64,000 nt of DNA from Vulcanimicrobiota bacterium (GTDB taxonomy: Bacteria > Vulcanimicrobiota > Vulcanimicrobiia > Eremiobacterales > Eremiobacteraceae): positions 1,408,001-1,472,000 of the forward strand of contig CAWETU010000001.1 in NCBI GenBank assembly GCA_963812135.1, written 5' to 3'. The first letter of the stretch is position 1. Each line of letters begins with the position of its first letter. The notes under the pieces are model-generated. The model searched no databases. It was not told where the DNA came from and saw nothing but the letters and a program-made list of their open reading frames with translations. The translations under genes were made by a program, and so were the position numbers. Positions 60,606 to 64,000 of the stretch are shown piece by piece.

Positions 60606-61769
60606 AACCCGACATCGGAATTCCGCAAACCGGATTGCCGCCGGTGCCGGATTGGTCGGGCGTGACCGAGCGCGTGCCCGCGCCGCCGCCATTGCCGCCG
60701 CGCCGCAAGACGCGGGCCGTCAAGGTCGGCAACATCGTGATCGGCGGCGACGCGCCGATCTCTGTCCAATCGATGACGACGACGAAGACCGATGACTGGG
60801 CGGCGACGCTCGACCAGGTCCAGCAGCTCGCCGAAGCCGGCTGCGAGATCGTCCGCATCTCCGTGCCTGACGCTAAGGCGGCGGCGGCCTGCAAGAAGAT
60901 CAAAGCAGGGCACGACCGTGCCGCTGGTGGCCGACATCCATTTCGATCATCGCTACGCGTTAGCGGCAATCGACGCCGGCTGGGATAAGCTGCGGCTCAA
61001 TCCGGGCAACATCCGCGATCCGCAAAAAGTCCGTGAAGTCGTCAGCGCCGCGAAAGATCGCGGCATGCCCATCCGCATCGGCGTCAATCTCGGTTCGCTC
61101 GCGCCCGACATCATCGCGCGCTATGGGCGCACGCCGGCGGGCATGGTCGAATCAGCGCTGCGCCACATCCGCATCCTCGAAGAGCTCGATTTCCGCGACA
61201 TCGTCGTCTCGCTCAAAGCGCACGACGTGCGCGTGACCGTCGCCGCCTATCGCGAGATGAGCAAGCACGTCGACTACCCGTTCCATCTCGGGATCACCGA
61301 GGCGGGCACCACGCGCACCGGGACCGTGAAGAGCAGCGTCGGCCTCGGCATGCTGCTCGCGGAGGGGATCGGCGACACGATCCGCGTCTCGCTCGCGGCC
61401 GATCCGGTCGACGAGGTGCCGGTGTGCTGGGAGATCCTCAAATCGCTGGGCTTGCGCGAGCGCGGCGTCGAGATCACCGCGTGCCCGTCGTGCGGGCGCG
61501 TACAAGTGGACATCTTGCGCCTCGCCGATGCGGTCGAGAAGATCACGGCCGAGTACAAAGCGCCGGTGAAGGTCGCCGTCATGGGTTGCGCGGTGAACGG
61601 ACCCGGCGAGGCGAGCATGGCGGACGTCGGCATCGCCGGCGGCAAGGGCATGGGACTCATCTATCGCGATGGCGTGAAAGTCCGCTCGTTGCCGGAAGAC
61701 AAACTCTTGGATGGCCTGCGCGAAGAGATAGAGAAGGTCATCGCAGAGCGCTATCCCCAATACCTCTAG
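60602..61769 (+). CDS. ispG: HMBPP synthase IspG, apparent frameshift at 60908-60910
   Basis: [45 protein letters not shown]. Confidence 0.93.
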
Positions 61770-61814
61770 CCGCTCCCCTCATACCACCTGTCGTCGGCCT
61801 CGCACCCTACGTGC

Positions 61815-63269
61815 GTGGCTGACAGAGCAATGATGCAAGAAAAAAAACAAGTCAAGAACATTCCGCCCAAAGCGGACGATCTCTCCGAGTGGTACACGCA
61901 AGTGTGCTTGCGTGCGCAGCTGGTCGACTATACGCCGGTGCGCGGCTGCATCGCGCTGCGCCCCTACGGTTTTGCGATCTGGGAATTGATCCAAGCCGAG
62001 TTCGACAAGCGCTTTAAAGCGACCGGACACCAAAACGCCTACTTCCCGCTGCTGATCCCGGAGAGTCTGCTCGTCAAAGAAGCGGAGCACGTCGAGGGTT
62101 TCGCGCCGGAGGTCGCGTGGGTGACGCGCGGCGGCGGCGAGGAGCTCACCGAGCGGCTCGCGATCCGGCCGACGTCGGAAGCGATCATCGGCACGATGTA
62201 CTCGCGCTGGATCCAATCGCACCGCGACTTGCCCGTCTTGATCAACCAGTGGTGCAACGTCGTGCGCTGGGAGAAGGCGACGCGGCCGTTCCTGCGCACG
62301 CTCGAGTTCTTGTGGCAAGAAGGCCATACCGTTCACGCCTCCGAGGCCGAAGCGGCGGAAGAAGTGCAACGCATGCTGGAGATCTATCGCGAGGTCGCCG
62401 AGGACGTGCTCGCGTTGCCGGTGATTAAAGGCCGCAAGAGCGAGAACGAGAGGTTCGCGGGCGCGGTCGCGACCTACGCGATCGAGGCGCTCATGCCGGA
62501 CGGCAAAGCGCTGCAGGCCGGCACGTCGCACGAATTCGGACAGAACTTCGCAAAGGCATACGACATCACGTTCACCGACGTCGACGAACAGGTGAAGCAC
62601 GCGTACACGACCTCGTGGGGCGTCTCGTGGCGCGTGATCGGCGGCCTTATCATGGCGCACGGCGACGATCATGGCCTGGTCTTGCCGCCCGACGTCGCGC
62701 CGCATCAAGTCGTGATCGTGCCCATCCTCAAGAAGGGCGACGAGAGCGTCATGCCGGCGGCGCAACGGCTGGCCGACGAGCTGCGCGCGGTCGCCCGCGT
62801 CAAGCTCGATGACCGCGTCGAACAAAGCGCCGCCTGGAAGTTCAACGAGTGGGAGATGCGCGGCGTGCCGCTGCGGATCGAGATCGGGCCGCGCGACGTC
62901 GCCGCCGGCACCGTGACGCTCGCGCGCCGCGACACGCTCGAGAAATCAACGCTGCCTGCGGGCGACATCGCGGCCAAATTGCCCGGCCTGCTCGACGAGA
63001 TCCGCCAATCGCTCTACGCACGCGCGCGCGCGCATCGCGATGCGCACACGATCGAGGCGACGCAGCGCGAAGCATTTGTCGAGGCGCTCAAACGTCAGGA
63101 TGGGTTCGTCCTCGCGCCGTGGTGCGAGCGGCCCGAGTGCGAGCTCGATATCAAAGCGGAGACCAGCGCGGTGACCAGAGTCATGGCCGGCGACGCTCCG
63201 GCGGGCGCGACGTGCGCGTATTGCGGCAAGCCGGCGCGCGTCAAAGCCTATTTTGCTCGATCGTATTAA
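61815..63269 (+). CDS. proS: Proline--tRNA ligase, archaeal/eukaryote-like type (no INS editing domain)
   Basis: EHVEGFAPE, IRPTSE, PFLRT.EFLWQEGHT, QAGTSH, C-terminal CxxC and ARSY. Confidence 0.95.
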   Translation: MADRAMMQEKKQVKNIPPKADDLSEWYTQVCLRAQLVDYTPVRGCIALRPYGFAIWELIQAEFDKRFKATGHQNAYFPLLIPESLLVKEAEHVEGFAPEVAWVTRGGGEELTERLAIRPTSEAIIGTMYSRWIQSHRDLPVLINQWCNVVRWEKATRPFLRTLEFLWQEGHTVHASEAEAAEEVQRMLEIYREVAEDVLALPVIKGRKSENERFAGAVATYAIEALMPDGKALQAGTSHEFGQNFAKAYDITFTDVDEQVKHAYTTSWGVSWRVIGGLIMAHGDDHGLVLPPDVAPHQVVIVPILKKGDESVMPAAQRLADELRAVARVKLDDRVEQSAAWKFNEWEMRGVPLRIEIGPRDVAAGTVTLARRDTLEKSTLPAGDIAAKLPGLLDEIRQSLYARARAHRDAHTIEATQREAFVEALKRQDGFVLAPWCERPECELDIKAETSAVTRVMAGDAPAGATCAYCGKPARVKAYFARSY

Positions 63270-64000
63270 CAGAGCGATTCGATACGGCGCGCTTAGCGTC
63301 GCGCTCTTGCTGAGCGCGAGCCTCGCTCGCGCCGACACGGCGGCGCAGCCTGTGGCGGCGATCCTCATGTACCACCATGTCTCTGACACGGTGCTGCCGG
63401 GGCCGTATGCGCGCGCGCTGACCGTGCAGCCGGCGGAATTCGCACGCCAGCTGCAATGGCTGCGTAGCGCCGGGTGCGAGACCGTCACGGTCGATACGAT
63501 CGTCGCGGATGTGCGCTCGGCGCCGTTGCGTCACTGCGAGATCGCGATCACCTTTGATGACGGCTACGTCGACGACGTCGCCGCAGCCGCGCAGCTCGCA
63601 GGCGCGGGCGACACGGCGACGCTGTACGTGAGCTCGGGCTTGGTGGGGACGCCGGGGCACGTGAGCCGAGCACAACTCTCCACGCTCGCGGGCAATGGGT
63701 TGCAGATAGGCGCGCACACGATCAGCCACGTCGACCTGACGACGCTCGGCGATGCGCAGGCGGCGCACGAGATCGCCGGGTCGCGTGCCACGCTCGCAGC
63801 GTGGTCCGGCACGGGCATCGATAGCTTCGCGTATCCCGCCGGGCGTTACGATGCGCGAGTCGAGCGCCTCGTGCGCGCATCGGGCTTTCAAAACGCCGCG
63901 ACCACGCAGCCCGGGCGAGTCACATCCGCCGCGCTTGCCGACCTGTACGCGTTGCCGCGTTATCGGATCGAACGCGACACGGGCGCCGCGGTGCTCGCGC
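63253..64000 (+). CDS. Polysaccharide deacetylase family protein, partial (runs off the window)
   Basis: Signal peptide, ILMYHHV, ITFDDGY, GAHTISH, FAYPAG; absent from the ORF track because there is no stop in the window. Confidence 0.88.
   Translation, partial: MLDRINRAIRYGALSVALLLSASLARADTAAQPVAAILMYHHVSDTVLPGPYARALTVQPAEFARQLQWLRSAGCETVTVDTIVADVRSAPLRHCEIAITFDDGYVDDVAAAAQLAGAGDTATLYVSSGLVGTPGHVSRAQLSTLAGNGLQIGAHTISHVDLTTLGDAQAAHEIAGSRATLAAWSGTGIDSFAYPAGRYDARVERLVRASGFQNAATTQPGRVTSAALADLYALPRYRIERDTGAAVLA

Noticed and set aside
59562..61769. rseP and ispG as pseudogenes
   Set aside because: All motifs are intact across frames and dxr is intact; assembly error is more parsimonious

Overview
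High-GC bacterial chromosomal window, gene-dense and mostly core or metabolic (about 66 CDS). I saw no rRNA, tRNA, CRISPR array, prophage or transposase. It carries a class II (B12-dependent) ribonucleotide reductase gene nrdJ interrupted by two inteins, each placed immediately before an active-site cysteine, with a clear sigma70 promoter overlapped by tandem NrdR boxes. Also present are a two-gene NAD synthetase plus cinA cluster, leuC/leuD/leuB interleaved with secreted-protein genes, acyl-CoA catabolism genes, and the rpsB-tsf-pyrH-frr-cdsA-dxr-rseP-ispG-proS cluster, where a 70-aa ORF sits at the usual uppS position. The most striking non-gene signal is a dispersed 24-bp palindromic repeat (CGGTCGA-N6-TCGACCG-CTAC, a GTAG-footed REP-like hairpin on the minus strand). 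It has 7 copies at 5 loci, all in one orientation. Four copies lie in-frame inside three unrelated proteins as G[RQ]xxSTA[TS], and a fifth supplies the dxr stop codon. Seven single-base insertions (cinA, a secreted-protein gene, leuB, rseP x3, ispG) look like assembly errors rather than biology. Product calls are from motif recognition by eye; no searches were run.
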